Shown here piece by piece: positions 29,435 through 42,053 of a DNA stretch of 64,000 nucleotides. Origin of the DNA: the human T2T-CHM13v2.0 reference genome, Homo sapiens; assembly GCF_009914755.1 (NCBI RefSeq), contig NC_060935.1. One strand, given 5' to 3'. The position numbers and the translations under genes are program-made. The notes under the pieces were generated by a model. The model was not told the origin of the DNA and ran no database searches. It worked only from the letters and a program-made list of their open reading frames with translations. Numbering within the stretch: the first letter of the stretch is position 1; each line of letters starts with the position of its first letter.

Positions 29435-29488
29435 TTATTTTTATTATACTTTAAGTTCTAGGGTACACATGCACATGTATACACATGT
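29435..29488 (-). mobile_element. L1PA extreme 3' end stub
   Basis: ttattatactttaagttctagggtaca is the L1PA terminus on minus strand. Confidence 0.75.
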
Positions 29489-32400
29489 AAGGCTAGCCTA
29501 TTAGAGTTCAACATTGGGCCCTAGCCATTGCTAGTATCAAAAAACAGATTTGCTCTCACATTAAAATGCTTTGCTGTTGTTTCCTGGGCATATATTTCTT
29601 TCAAAGATTTTCCAGGGTGGGATTCACTGAGCCAAGGCATGGTTTACGTATTTTCAGAGCCCATGTGTCAAGATATTATCTCAACTCAAATGATACATGA
29701 AACTTGGACTAGATATAAATAACGTGGCAAATCCTCTGAAATAATCAGAGACTCAACTTTTTACCTTGTCCTAGGGTTTTTTACTGAGTCCATAGGGAGT
29801 ACAGACTTTTCTTTTAAGGGGACTCTCCTGTCCTTTCCCGGGGTGCAGGAGGGGGCACCTTTGCTCCTCCACACATTGCATGCTCACATCTCCCCTACAC
29901 AGGAGAAGTCACTAACCCAAGTGTAGAAACCTTACATTTGGGGTCCATATCTTCCCATGGAAATCACCTCTGTGTTCAGGATCAGGGCTCGTGTAAATGC
30001 CTTCTTAAGTTCTTGCCTTCTCTTAAGCTTTCTGCCTCTTCCTCACCATGTGATGATTGTGGTATTAGGCAACCATTTCTCTCTTTCACTCTCTTAAGAC
30101 ATGAATGACTGGAGTCCCCAGGTTTTAGATTAGGAAAGCAGGAGAAAGCTTTTGTTTAGCCTTAGTCTTAAGCTCTGTTTTACAATCCATTTTTACCAAA
30201 TGTTAGGGCTTTAGATACTTGTGTCCATTAATAATATGACCAATACTTTGCTTTCTGTTTGGTTTGACTAGTGACCATGGCAGACCATCACTTGGAACCC
30301 CAGAAGGGAGTAGAAATGAAGGCAGTTTTAATCCACAGCATGTATAAACACAAGCAACATTCACTAGAGACACATTGAAATGAAATAAGTAATGGCAACT
30401 TTACGCGTTGGAAAGAGCAGGGGTGGGCAGAGAAGGGGGATTTATGCACCAAAGCTTCCCCACGTAATTAAAGCACAGTCTTCATGTTTTGCCATTTGTC
30501 AGGACAAAGTAAATACTGGAATCTTACTACTTGCATCTTCTTGGCTAAATATCCTTCTGTGGCTGTTGCTCAAATATTGAAAATACTTGTGTAAGTTCTA
30601 GTGCAAAACTGCCATTGGAGTGATTTATGTGGAGACATAACCTGCTGCCTCCCTGAATTCATGCATTCACCATCACAGTTCATATCAATTTTGCTCTGGT
30701 CCCCATTAGCAATGTTGTCAAAAAAAAATCACAGAAAAATAATGACCCCGCAAAGCCAAGAAATTTAGATCCGGATATGAGCCGTAAATCTGTATTAATT
30801 TAATAGTTAAAGTGCGTTAATGCTTTGTAATATTTTTTCTTTATAGAGAACACAATAGTGAGGTCATCTGTAATAAAGATGTTAATCCTAAGCCACCTGC
30901 TAGTTTGTTTTGCCTCTTGGGGCAAGAAGACGTTAATGGATGAAATATGGCCTCCAGCTCCTTAAAATGGTGTTTTATGGCAACCTCTATGCAGGGCTAT
31001 AAAACATTCACTCTGAGTGATAAAGAGTCTCAAGAAGGGATATACACTCTCCATCATGCCTGATCTGACATTAGCTTTGCTTAACTTATCACTCATCCAC
31101 AGACACCCACTGGGCTGGGCAGCAAAGGGAGACCAGGGCTCAGGGAAAAGGAGGTGAATTGTCTGGCCTTTTGGACCAGTTTCTGGGGCTCAGCCCCTGG
31201 AGGAGATGTCCATTCTGAAATCTGTTGCCTATTTTTCTCCCTGGCGTTTTGGTTTAGGAAAATGGTTCATTGTTCTATCATGGGTCTCCCGGCACGTTTT
31301 GTCAAATACATAAGAAAAAGAAATAAGTCATACTTACCCACCTATTTCCAAAAATACTTCCTGTTTTATATTGTGCGGAACATCCTTCATTTAAATTTCT
31401 GTGGTCTCTTTTCAGAATAACAGAATAAGCCCCATTTACAGCCTTCTAATTCCTCTTTTAATACCTATAATAATTTTCTTCCTTTCTTTTTGTTGAAACA
31501 GGTCTGTTACACTAACATGCAAAACCCTATTCAAATTGTACCAATCTTCAGGTGAGGAAACTTCACTATCTCCCCAGGAATTGCAGAATTAGGGGGTACA
31601 TACCTCACTCTGGCATTCAAGGGTCTTGGACCATAATCAAGGAGAATGAGGAGGCAGAACGCTTGCAGCTTGTTAAAGCAGCAGGGATTGGAAGGAATGG
31701 CTCACATATCTTCCCTCAGCATACATGGGGAGTCAGCCCCTGGTAATCTCCCTAAGAGAACATAGGCTCTGGTTGGTCCAGGGGAGGGAGAGGCAAAGCT
31801 GCCAAGAAGGTCATAGTCAATTAGCACTCAGAGGGTTTGTTACCTAGACTAGCTCCTCAGCAATCATGGGGTAGCCAGAGAGCAGTACAGCTTTTAGGTA
31901 AAAGGGGGAAGTCTACATATGAAGTTCCAGAAGGAAGGACAAGTGATTCACATGGCAGTGGGGAGGCAGGCACAGGAAGAGGTCCTCAAAGCCCCTAATG
32001 CTGACAGCAGAGCACAGAAAATCCAAGCTAGCTGATACCTTGGCAGGATGCTTCTCAATATTGGTGGCTTAGGAGAGTGAAAATTAAATTAGGATTCCCC
32101 ACAGGGGACTGATGGCTTGAGGTTCACACATGGGTACAAGCATTTGCACTACCTCTACCTCTTTTCTGGTGGGGACCAAGAACTAATACCTGTTCAGTGG
32201 TTGTAGAAGGAAGATGCAGCCCACAGCTCCTGTGTGCACCTTTGGAATACCCAGGTTGGCCCAGGGCTGACATAGGCTATATATCTATGGTCACATCCCC
32301 TCTGAATAACTGAGAGCTTGTATCTTAGCCACTAGACCAACTCACTGGATGTGAATAGGTGAGTAAATGCATAGGTGGCAGAGGTTCTCCTTGTTTTAGT

Positions 32401-32610
32401 TCTCCCTACCTCAGATTTTAAGGTCCTGCCATCAGCTTAGTGGATAAACACTCCTTAATGAGAGTAAATACAGACCAGTGTGGAGCAAAGCTTCCCTCTC
32501 CAGTTTATTTATTTTAGCTACTGTTTATTGTTCCCCTAATTGCTAAGCCCATCATAAATACTATCCCATTAATCCTGAAAATAATACCTTAATCAAGTTC
32601 CTATTGTCAT

Positions 32611-32656
32611 TCTTTTCTTTCTTTCTTTCTTTCTTTCTGTCTTTCTTTCTCTCTCT

Positions 32657-32700
<44 letters not shown>

Positions 32701-32765
32701 TCCTTTCTTTCTTTCTTTTCTTTTCTTTTCTTTTCTTTTCTTTCTTTCTTCCTTCCTTTCTTTCA
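32611..32765. repeat. (TTTC)n/(TTTTC)n polypyrimidine microsatellite (Alu tail)
   Basis: Directly read. Confidence 0.95.
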
Positions 32766-33043
32766 ATGGAGTCTCGCTCTGTCGCCCAGGCTAGAGTGCA
32801 GTGGAGGGATCTCGGCTCAGCTGCAATCTCTGCCTCCGAGGTTCAAGCGGTTCTCCCGTCTCAGCCTCCTGAGTAGCTGGGATTACAGGCATGTGCCACC
32901 ATGCCCGGCTAATTTTTGTATTTTTAGTAGAGACTGGGTTTCACCATGTTGGTCAGGCTGGTCTCGAACTCCTGACCTTGTGATCTGCCTCCCTCTGCCT
33001 CCCAAAGTGCTGGGATTATAGGCATGAGCCACTGCACCCAGAC
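32617..33043 (-). mobile_element. AluSg-like, inserted in a MIR
   Basis: TSD tgtcattctttt at 32605 and 33044; ctgaccttgtgatc 2-bp-deleted form. Confidence 0.9.
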
Positions 33044-33714
33044 TGTCATTCTTTTTTTTTTAACCAATGATGAACTTGAGGCTAGAGGTGAATGAACTCA
33101 CCTAAGATCACAGGCCAATCAGTGGCAGAATTAGGATTCGGTCTAGGTCTGTGTGTTTCCAAAGTCTGTGGTCAGGACCACTTGCTGCAGTCCCTCCACA
33201 ACACCTATGACTTTAGTCTTATAGTAGTTGGTCAATACATATTTGTTGAATGGAATGGTGCTGGTGACAAATTTACTGTCAGCACTGCCATTTAGTTCTC
33301 TCAGAGTCACTAGGTTAACACATCAGGTGGGCTTCCATTCTCTTCCATGTTCCTCCTCCCCAGATATGACTCCTTTGTGTATTAGCTTTGAGGACCTAGA
33401 GGGCCTTGGAAGGCCTGTAGGAGAGAGGTTGGTGATCTTTCTGCTTCTCTTCCTTCTTGTTACTTACGGATTGCAGTCTCCAGTGGCATTTGATTATTAA
33501 ATTAAAATTTAATAAATTTCAGCTCAGCTCCTAGGCTGAAGAAGACCCTTCATCGTGATGGTTCTGTATAATTTTGCCAAGGGCCAGAGACACATGGGGA
33601 CACTGGGGTGAGCAGCGTCCACTTAATTAACTCAGCTTTCCTGTCAGCCACCAACTGGAGGCTGATTTCTGGAGTCTGTGGGCTACTGAGTTGGTAGAAA
33701 AGTCCTATGGGAAT

Positions 33715-33925
33715 GAACATTTACTGAGCACTACTTTATGTCAAATACTATGTTAAGCTCTTAGTTATTAACTTGATCCTCATCTTAAACCTAAGGAGTG
33801 AGAGTTTTGCCCTTATTTTATGAGGAAGAAACAGGTTCAGAGGGATTTAGTTACCCACGCAAGGTCACTCACAGCAAATGAGCAGTAGAGTTCATTTGAG
33901 CCTAGATTTGACCATAAAGCACATA
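33715..33925 (-). mobile_element. MIR
   Basis: aacatttactgagcactact...atgaggaagaaacaggttcagag...caaggtcac. Confidence 0.7.
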
Positions 33926-34809
33926 ACACGTAAGGAAATTTGCAACAAGCAAGAAAGATGACTGAATGGATTCAATGGAAAACTATACATTGTTTAGAAC
34001 GTACACTTGAAGTTTGTCTGATTTTAGCCTTTCATTGTCCTTGAACTACTTACAGTGTAAATTGTAGATAAATGATAGCAATGCAAAATAATGCTTGTCT
34101 ATAGAGATGTAAATAAATTTTGTCCAGTGTAGGTTTAATTGATTCTCCCCCTACCCAGTTTCATATCTATTTGTAAATTCATTTTAATTTTTTTATATAA
34201 ACATGTGGTTCTTTGATTTCTCCTTTGAACAGGTTGTAGCATCTTTTCCCATTTTTCTTTTACATACTTTTATTTTATATTGTATATTTACTAACATATG
34301 AGAGTCATGATTTTTCCTTTTTTAGAAAATTATCTTTTAACAGCCATGTGGTAAAAGGCAGGGTTCAGGATAAGATGGCTGTGCAATAAGGCCAGTCCCT
34401 GCTTAGTTGGATTGTATAAATCCAGAGCTGGACAAAGAAAACTAAGAGGCAAGAAGGCCCATCGTCTCCATTGTCCAAGCCAGGCTGGATAGCCTAGTTA
34501 TTGATTAAAGGAATCACATACCACTGCTATTTATAAACTCAGGGCTCCAAAAAGAATGTTTGTTTTTTCCTGCTTTTAATTATTGAACATGAGATACTAG
34601 TGTTGTTTTGCCAACAGCGGCACAATAGGTCTCTAATGAAACTCACTGAGCTACTAATAATTAAACCATCAAGCAGAAGTAACCAGTGCAGTGAGATATC
34701 AATTAACATTCTTCAATAAACTCTCTTTGTTTTGATTGTTTTAAAGGAAAGTGTTTTTGCTGTTATTTCTTCAAATATATCACACAGAACTTCCACCTCT
34801 GGAGAAACT

Positions 34810-35092
34810 ATGCTAAGGCTTGAGTTCTGAAATCAGAAATTCCCCAGTGCAAATCATTGCCTTTCCACTAACTACAGGATGACTCTGGGCACATGACTTC
34901 ACTTTTCTGAGTGGAATTTCTTGATATGGAAAGAGGAGCTAATGATAGTTATTTGGAAGAATTATTGTGTAGTTAAAGTAGGATGATGTATTAGGTTGGT
35001 GCAAATGTAATTGTGTTTTTTGCCATTACTTTCAACAGCAATAAGTTTTGGAGCCTAACTTGTATTTAGCACATAGCAGAGGTTCAAAACAT
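34810..35092 (+). mobile_element. MIR interrupted by MADE1
   Basis: gactctgggcacatgacttcacttttctga...ggagctaatgatagt; resumes ttagcacatagcag. Confidence 0.6.
34991..35058. mobile_element. MADE1 (Hsmar1-derived MITE), right TIR degenerate
   Basis: TA + ttaggttggtgcaaatgtaattgtgttttttgccattactttcaa. Confidence 0.85.
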
Positions 35093-35127
35093 TTTAGGTT
35101 TCCTCCCTCTGTTCCTCCCTTTCTTAG

Positions 35128-35452
<325 letters not shown>

Positions 35453-36544
35453 CTTCTTTCACCTTCTAATCTGTTTTCCTTAAGCCTTGTAGTCTCATCA
35501 GAGATTCCTATAGGTGTCTCAAACTGTGCTCCTATACCTTCATCTTTGAAATTACAGCTTCATTATGGTCTCTGCCAAAGGGATGGGTCTAGACATTTGT
35601 AAATGTATCATAGGACCCTAGCAATAGATGATTGGTTCAGCACTAATCAATTCAGGAAGTGGGTCAAGCCAATCAGATTCTCTATTGTAAGAGAAGGAAA
35701 CAAATTAGTGGTGGGGTCTAACAGTAAAGCTAACAGGTCACACAGGGTCAAGGTGAGAGCAGGTGCCATGGCAAGGTCATCTGTCCTTGTGAAGGGAGAA
35801 TGGGAAGTGTGAAACCAGAGGAAGCCATGAAGCAACAAGAAGCAGATCCAAGCAGAGATGAGTAACCACTGGAGAGAGAAAGTGAGACAGAGAAAATTTG
35901 CCAAATGAATTCCTGGCCCCCATTAAGCCTAATTGTACTTCCTTTAAACGTCCATTTATTAAAGTAACCAAAAGTAAAAAGTACCTGACTGAGCAAACTG
36001 ATCTCTCTGGTAATGGGGCAGGGAATGGTCATGGGAAAAGGGGATTTTCTTAAAGAACAGGAAGATTTTAAGATGACAGTATGTATAGTCACACTTTTAA
36101 GGGTGGTCCAGTGGATAAGAAAGTGGAAGTGGCAGGAGAGGCCCCAGACTTGGGATGTTAGAGGCCAGGATTGGAGCAGGAGTGGTGACTTTTGGGAGGT
36201 GGCATGATGGGGCTTATTAGCGCATTCCCTCTGGAGTCTGAGGGGTGGGATGGAGAGGCAACTTCCTTTTATTAGAGGAAAGAAGACTCACGTGGCACCT
36301 TTCTTGAGGAGACAGGAGAAAGACTTGCCAGTTTTCATCTTTTAGTTACCTATAAGCTCATTTCATTTTAAGGAATCTGCGAATCACCAACTGGAGGGGA
36401 CAAACAGTTTCTAAGTAAGAAAGAGAGGCATCTGGGAGGGAAAGGAGACACTGAGGAGATGGAGGGAGTCACAGTTTGCCTGGTTTGCAATTTGGGGCAG
36501 AGTGCTTTCCTGGCCTGCCACTAAATTGAATTAAATACTGTCAA

Positions 36545-37027
36545 TTCTGTTCAATTTAACAAACGCTTACCTAAAATATGCAAGACATGATGCTAGATAC
36601 AACAGGGAACACAGGGATGGTTCTGTCTTCAAGCAAGGATATGGCATGCTCATGAATAACTCTAATAACAGTCAGAATATCGTGAGAATATAGCAATAGA
36701 CACCAAAAAGTGATCTGGGAACTGAATTGAAGAGGAAACTACCCCAGGTTGGGGAGCTTCCTGAAGAAGGTGGATTGTAGATGATCCTTGAGTGATAGAT
36801 AGTAGTTTGACAGATGTCAGTGGGCAGGTCCAGAGAAGAATTCCAGAAGGAGAAAACATCATGTGACAAAGTGTAAAGGCAGAAAATATGAGAATGTTTG
36901 GAATGCAGGAGTGGTCCTTCTTCGGGTGGAGTACCCGAGTATAGACCATGATAAGCTGGAACTGCATGCTAAGGCCTGTTCTGGAGCATCAACGCCAGGA
37001 AAAGGAATTTGTTCTGAGTTTGGCAGG
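36545..37027 (-). mobile_element. L2, appears to continue at ~39255-39530
   Basis: ttcaatttaacaaacgcttac...ggggagcttcctgaagaaggtg...atccttgag. Confidence 0.65.
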
Positions 37028-37492
37028 TGTGATGGTTAATACTGACTGTCAACTTTATTGGATTGAAAGATGAAAAGTATTGATCCTGGGTGTGTCTGTG
37101 AAGGCATTGCCAAAGGAGATTAACATTGAGTCAGTGGGCTGGGAAAGGCAGACCCACTCTTAATCTGAGTGGGTACCATCTAACCAGCTGCCAATGCAGC
37201 TAGGCAGAAAAACATAAAAAGGCTAGAAAGCAGGCAGAAAAATGTAAAAAGGCTAGACTGGCCTAGCCTCCCAGCCTACATCTTTCTCCCATGCTGGATG
37301 CTTCCTGCCCTTGAACATTGAACTCCAAGTTATTCAGCTTTGGGACTCAGACTGGCTTCCTTGCTTCTCAGCTTGCAGATGGCCTGTTGTGGGACCTTGT
37401 GATCATGTGAGTTAATACTACTTAATAAACTCCCCTTTATTTATGTGTCTATCCCATTAGTTTTGTCCCTCTAGAGAACTCTGACTAATACA
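37028..37492 (+). mobile_element. MLT2A (MLT2A1-like) 5' LTR of HERV-L
   Basis: tgtgatggttaatactga...ctagagaactctgactaataca; gggctgggaaaggcagacc; AATAAA ~37424. Confidence 0.92.
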
Positions 37493-37860
37493 GATTTTGG
37501 TACCAGGAATGGTTCTAGAGGACATAATATTAAGGATGGAGTTCTTTCATTGGTTTTGGGGTTTCTGGAGTTGGCTGTTTAGTATAATTAGACTCCAAAA
37601 TGCTAAGGACTCTATTTCTAATAGTATGGAGAACACTGATAGTCCTTGGCCTGAACTGCTTAGAGAGCTATACTAAATTAATGCATTTGACATTCCTGAT
37701 TCACTGCTCATGAGAGGCAAGGAATTTTGTGACTCTATACATAATACTTTTGACTATATGTGGAGAACCAAGGAACATAATGAAGTTGATTGGCTGCTCC
37801 TAAGTTCACTGGAAAAAGTGATGAAAGAAAATGATAACTCAGGGATTCTAACTCCTGAGT
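37493..37860 (+). mobile_element. HERV-L internal: PBS and gag 5' remnant, truncated
   Basis: gattttggtaccagg PBS directly after the LTR; ORF 37710 MRGKEFCDSIHNTFDYMWRTKEHNE resembles HERV-L gag. Confidence 0.85.
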
Positions 37861-37869
37861 TATCTGAGT

Positions 37870-39254
37870 TATCAAATCTGCTAACATTACTGGGTGTGCA
37901 TGCACTCAAGGCGATGCTGACATGCCAACCCCCTGCTGCCTTGGCCCCCTCCAGACTTTGGACACCGAAGAGCATGGGAGGGAGGCCAAGCAGGTGCTGA
38001 GGGAGGGAGGCTTGGCATGGGCCTGCAGGCTCTCCTCTGCATGAATAGCTTGGGTGCCATGGATGACATGATTGATGGTGGCAGGAGCCGGACAGGCCCC
38101 TGGGAAGAAATGGGAGGGTGCCTGGTGAAGCCCCACCTTCAAGCCAGAAATGGCCTGAAGGATGGGGGCTGGGCTGTAAGTTCTGGGTGGAGTCTGCAGC
38201 CTGGAGGGAGAACTTATGGTACTTTTTCCAGGCCTGCCCATGGCCTTGCATGGACCAATCAGCACATACTACCTTCTTCTGAAACCCATAAAAAGTCTGG
38301 ACTCTGCCAGACTCACAGAGACATCCAGACTACCAGCTGTGAGAAGGAGCTACCCACTTCAAATCTCCTCTCTGTCGAGAGCTAGACACTTGTCGGGATG
38401 AGCTGGCTGTGGAAAGTAGCTATCCACTCCAGGTCTCCTCTCTGCTGAGAGCTAGACTTGTTGGGATGACCCGCCTGTGGAAAGGAGCTACCCACTCCAG
38501 GTTTCCTCTCTACTGTGAGCTGGACACTTGTTGGGACAACCTGCCTGCAGAAAGTAGCTACCCATTTTGGTTCTCCTAAGAGCTGTTCTGTTGCTCAATG
38601 AAGCTCCTCTCTGCCTTGCTCACCCTCCAGTTGACTGCGTACCTCATTATTCTTGGACATGGGACAAGAAAATCAGGACCTGCCTAATGGTAGGACTGAA
38701 AAACCTGTAACACAAACAGGGCTAATACATGCCTCCTCACTCTCCATGTTGTGGGTGACAAGAAGGAAAGAAGAGCTTTGGCCCTTTGGGGATCTTAGAC
38801 CTAGGGGCTTCCTGAGCCAGGGCTGTGACACCCTCTTTGGGGCTCTGTATTTCCTGGCATCTCCAAGCTTCTGGGCACCACCATGTCCCCCTTGTCCAGA
38901 TGTGGGTGCCCACAGTGGAAGCTGTGTATGGTACATCTCACCCAGCCACAGCCTCTCATGTAGCTGGCACCTGTGCCAGTGCCTGGAGCTGCCTGTTCTG
39001 CCACAGCAACCAGCGTGCCTGGCTTTGCACAGTGGCCTCACCCCATGCTTGCTCACTCATGTACCCCTTGTCACTCTGTGCCTGACTTGCCCTTGGCAGT
39101 TATGGAATCTGGGCTGGTAGCAAAAGCCTAGCACAGGCTGCTGGGCTGAGTGGGCGAATTGAGCCAAGTGGGCCTGGTCAATACTCAGGTATAAAGTGCC
39201 ACTGGCCACAGAGGTTTCTGGCTGGGGAAGTGACATCACAAGGACCCCATGAGA
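37870..39254 (+). mobile_element. MER52 (A-like) ERV1 LTR, 5'-truncated
   Basis: gccttggccccctccagactttgg, catggaccaatcagca, ~70-bp internal repeats, terminal gaggtttctggctgg. Confidence 0.8.
38330..38585 (+). repeat. About four ~70-bp tandem units within MER52
   Basis: Recurrent gaaag(g/t)agctacccact...ctcctctct...gagct(a/g)gacacttgt. Confidence 0.8.
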
Positions 39255-41139
39255 TCAGGATTTGGCCTTTTGAGGAAACTAGGCATGGGCAGCCCCATTT
39301 GACTCCAGCTTATTTATTTATTTATTTATTTATTTTTATTTTTTATTTGAGACAGAGTGTTATGGAGGAGTAAATCAACATGGAGAAGCTTAGTTTTGGA
39401 GTGATGAGTGTGAGGAGCCTGAGGCTCACCCAGAGGGAAATATTCAGTAGGTGCAGGGTCCACAGCCTGACACTCAGGAGGGCTGCACTGTGGAGCGGAG
39501 CCAACGCATGGATGAAATGGCCCAGAGAAAGTGTCCTTCCCTCAGAATCAACAAGACACAACACATGTACCCAAATGGTGAGGCCTGGAGGCAATTGCCT
39601 AAAACAGTCACTGGAGGGCCTGAGGCCTGGAGCCAGGCAGCGTATGGTGAATATTCAGCCCCCAGTCCTGGTTTAAGGATGTTCCATTCCAGGGCAGCTG
39701 CCACCAGTTCAACAGGTCTTCAGAAGACCTGGGCTGATTTTTCTTTCTGAGAGCCAAAGGGAATGCAGAAGATTTTAGAGCCCACACCAGGTCACCCCCA
39801 GGCCATTCTCCGCACACAGCTCTGGCTTTCTCGGGAAATCAGCTAACAGCTTTTCCTTGGCTTTCCTTGGACTCCTAATGCAATAGCGCTTATTTTCAGA
39901 ATCTTTGTGAGGCTGAGGAAAGCATCAGAGTTTCATTGTAAATCCATTATGTCTTCTTTGGTTAGAAATTATCCCTGACAAGCAGTCCCACAGCAAAGAA
40001 AAGTCAGTATTATTTTGCAGAATAAAGAGGGGGATTGACCTCTTCTTTTATTATTTTTTTATTATGACTGTCCTCCTTTTGGTTATGACATTCGATGTAT
40101 TATTTAGTTTAAGTGCTTGATTAAGGAAGAACTGGTGGGGGGTGGTGTAGGAACAGCAAGGGGGGCAGTTGCGCAGATGCTGGTCTTCTTCCTCCTGTCT
40201 TGGTAGCTGGGATGGAAATAAACTGCCATGACCCTTTGGGGATCCCGAAGTGTTACCCTCAGCACAGGAGATCACGTTCTGGCTAAGGGACCTTCTGGAC
40301 GTTTCTGGGTCAGCAGAACCTTGGTGCCTTTCTTTCATATGCCGGAACCCTTGCATATTTATTAAATATTAATTTGCTGTCAATAATTAAATGCTGATTA
40401 TTTGATCTCTAATGGGGTCAGGATTCCCACAGTCCCATATTAGTGTAATAATGCAAAAGTAAAAATTGCCTTTCAGATGGAAAAAAATGTACTTATTATT
40501 CTTTCTTTGTTCAGAGTAAAATGGTTTGTCTTAAATTAAAAATTAAAAGCAGAATTTTCTTTAATCTTCGAATTAAATTAATGCTAATTAGTTCTATTTT
40601 CTGTACAACATTCACATGCTAAAATCTCGGCCATTCCTTCAGCGTGTTAATGGTGCCCTTTGGCTGTAATCAAGATTGTCTTACATTAAAAATGATACAG
40701 TTAACTCAATTATATTAAGATTCATTGTTCTCAAATCACAGGGTTATGACTAGAAGCTGTTGGAACTGGTGGAAGGGCTGAGACTGCCAGGGTGCAGAAC
40801 AAAGTCAGCCATCATTTCCATTTCAGAATCCCAAACGCTGGTGTGAGGCTCACAAAGCATCTGAGATTTACAGGTATCCTTCGGATGAGTGGCAGACACA
40901 GGGGTCATGTGCAGATTTCATGCCCATCCTGTGGAGACCATGGCAACATTCACTACTCTCCTTTGAAGGAGGAGGAAAAAGAGAAAGCCTAAGGGAGTCC
41001 TCATTTTGGGGTGTCGCTATATATAGAGCCACCTGTTTCCACCTCATCCCTCACTACCTTGGGAAATAGTACCTGGATTTTGAGTCAGTCAGCAACAGCA
41101 GCAGCAGCCACAACAGCAATAACCACACCTACTACTACT

Positions 41140-41365
41140 ACTGCTTATTGAGCATCTACTCTGTGTGCCAGGTTCTAGAAACCAAGTGCTGTAAGACATG
41201 TCTTCGTTTAAACAGTACCTTGCAAAGGTGGTATTGTTAGTCTTATTTGACAGTTGGCAGAGAGGATTGATGAATGATTTTTCAATATCATCTAGCTAGT
41301 TAGGTGGCAGAATCCACACTCACACCCAGGCGTGTCCGATTCCAAAGCCCATACTCTTAATTATG
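41140..41365 (-). mobile_element. MIR with (CAG/CAA/CTA)n low-complexity tail at 41090-41145
   Basis: ttattgagcatctactctgtgtgccagg...ggtggcagaa...gattccaaagccc. Confidence 0.7.
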
Positions 41366-41729
41366 CTCTATGATCACGGCAATTCTTTTTCAAGAGGTGT
41401 TTTTTTCCCCACAATCAGAAAGATGCTGTATGTGTTTGTGTGCATGTGTGTTGGTGTGTTGGTTTGTGTGCGTACTTGCATGTGCACATGTGTGTTGAGA
41501 AAGGGAAGAGAGGGAATAAGTCTGAAATTTTCTGGCAAGGCGGCACAATTACTCAAACGCTTTTGACTTAAGAAAGATTCTTTTCCTTCTGGGCCAGCGT
41601 CTTTGTATGAAGTTGTATAGGGAGGAAAAGGAAGGTCCCATTCAAAAGCCCTACCATTGTATGACAGTTGTAGTTTCCATTGAACTATCTCTGTCCCCGA
41701 AGGAATCTGAAGGGCAGACTCCTACGAAC

Positions 41730-42053
41730 TGTTACTCTTACTTATCCATGAATGATATGTCTCAAGGCCACCAGTGGATGCCTGAAACCAGGGATAGTGC
41801 CAAACCCTACATATACTATGATTTTTTCTATACATACATACATACCTATGATAAAGTTTTATTTATAAATTGGGCACAGTAAGAAAGTAATGATAACTAA
41901 TAAAATAGAACAATTGTAACAATATATTGTAATAAAATTTATGTAAGTGTGGTCTCTCTCAAAATATCTTATTGTATGTAATATTTTTGCATTGTGATTA
42001 ACTCTGGGTAACTAAAACTGTGGAAAACAAAACCACAGTTGAGAGGGACTATT
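41730..42053 (+). mobile_element. MER44A-like (TcMar-Tigger)
   Basis: ccagtggatgcctgaaacc, cctatgataaagtttt, ggtctctctcaaaatatctta, gtaactaaaactgtggaaa. Confidence 0.8.

Noticed and set aside
38330-38585. Regular ~70-bp repeats as a CRISPR-like array
   Set aside because: Whole units repeat with no unique spacers; this is internal to the MER52 LTR in a primate genome.
37754-39750. Cluster of overlapping ORFs on both strands
   Set aside because: Explained by the higher GC and low stop density of MER52 and adjacent sequence.
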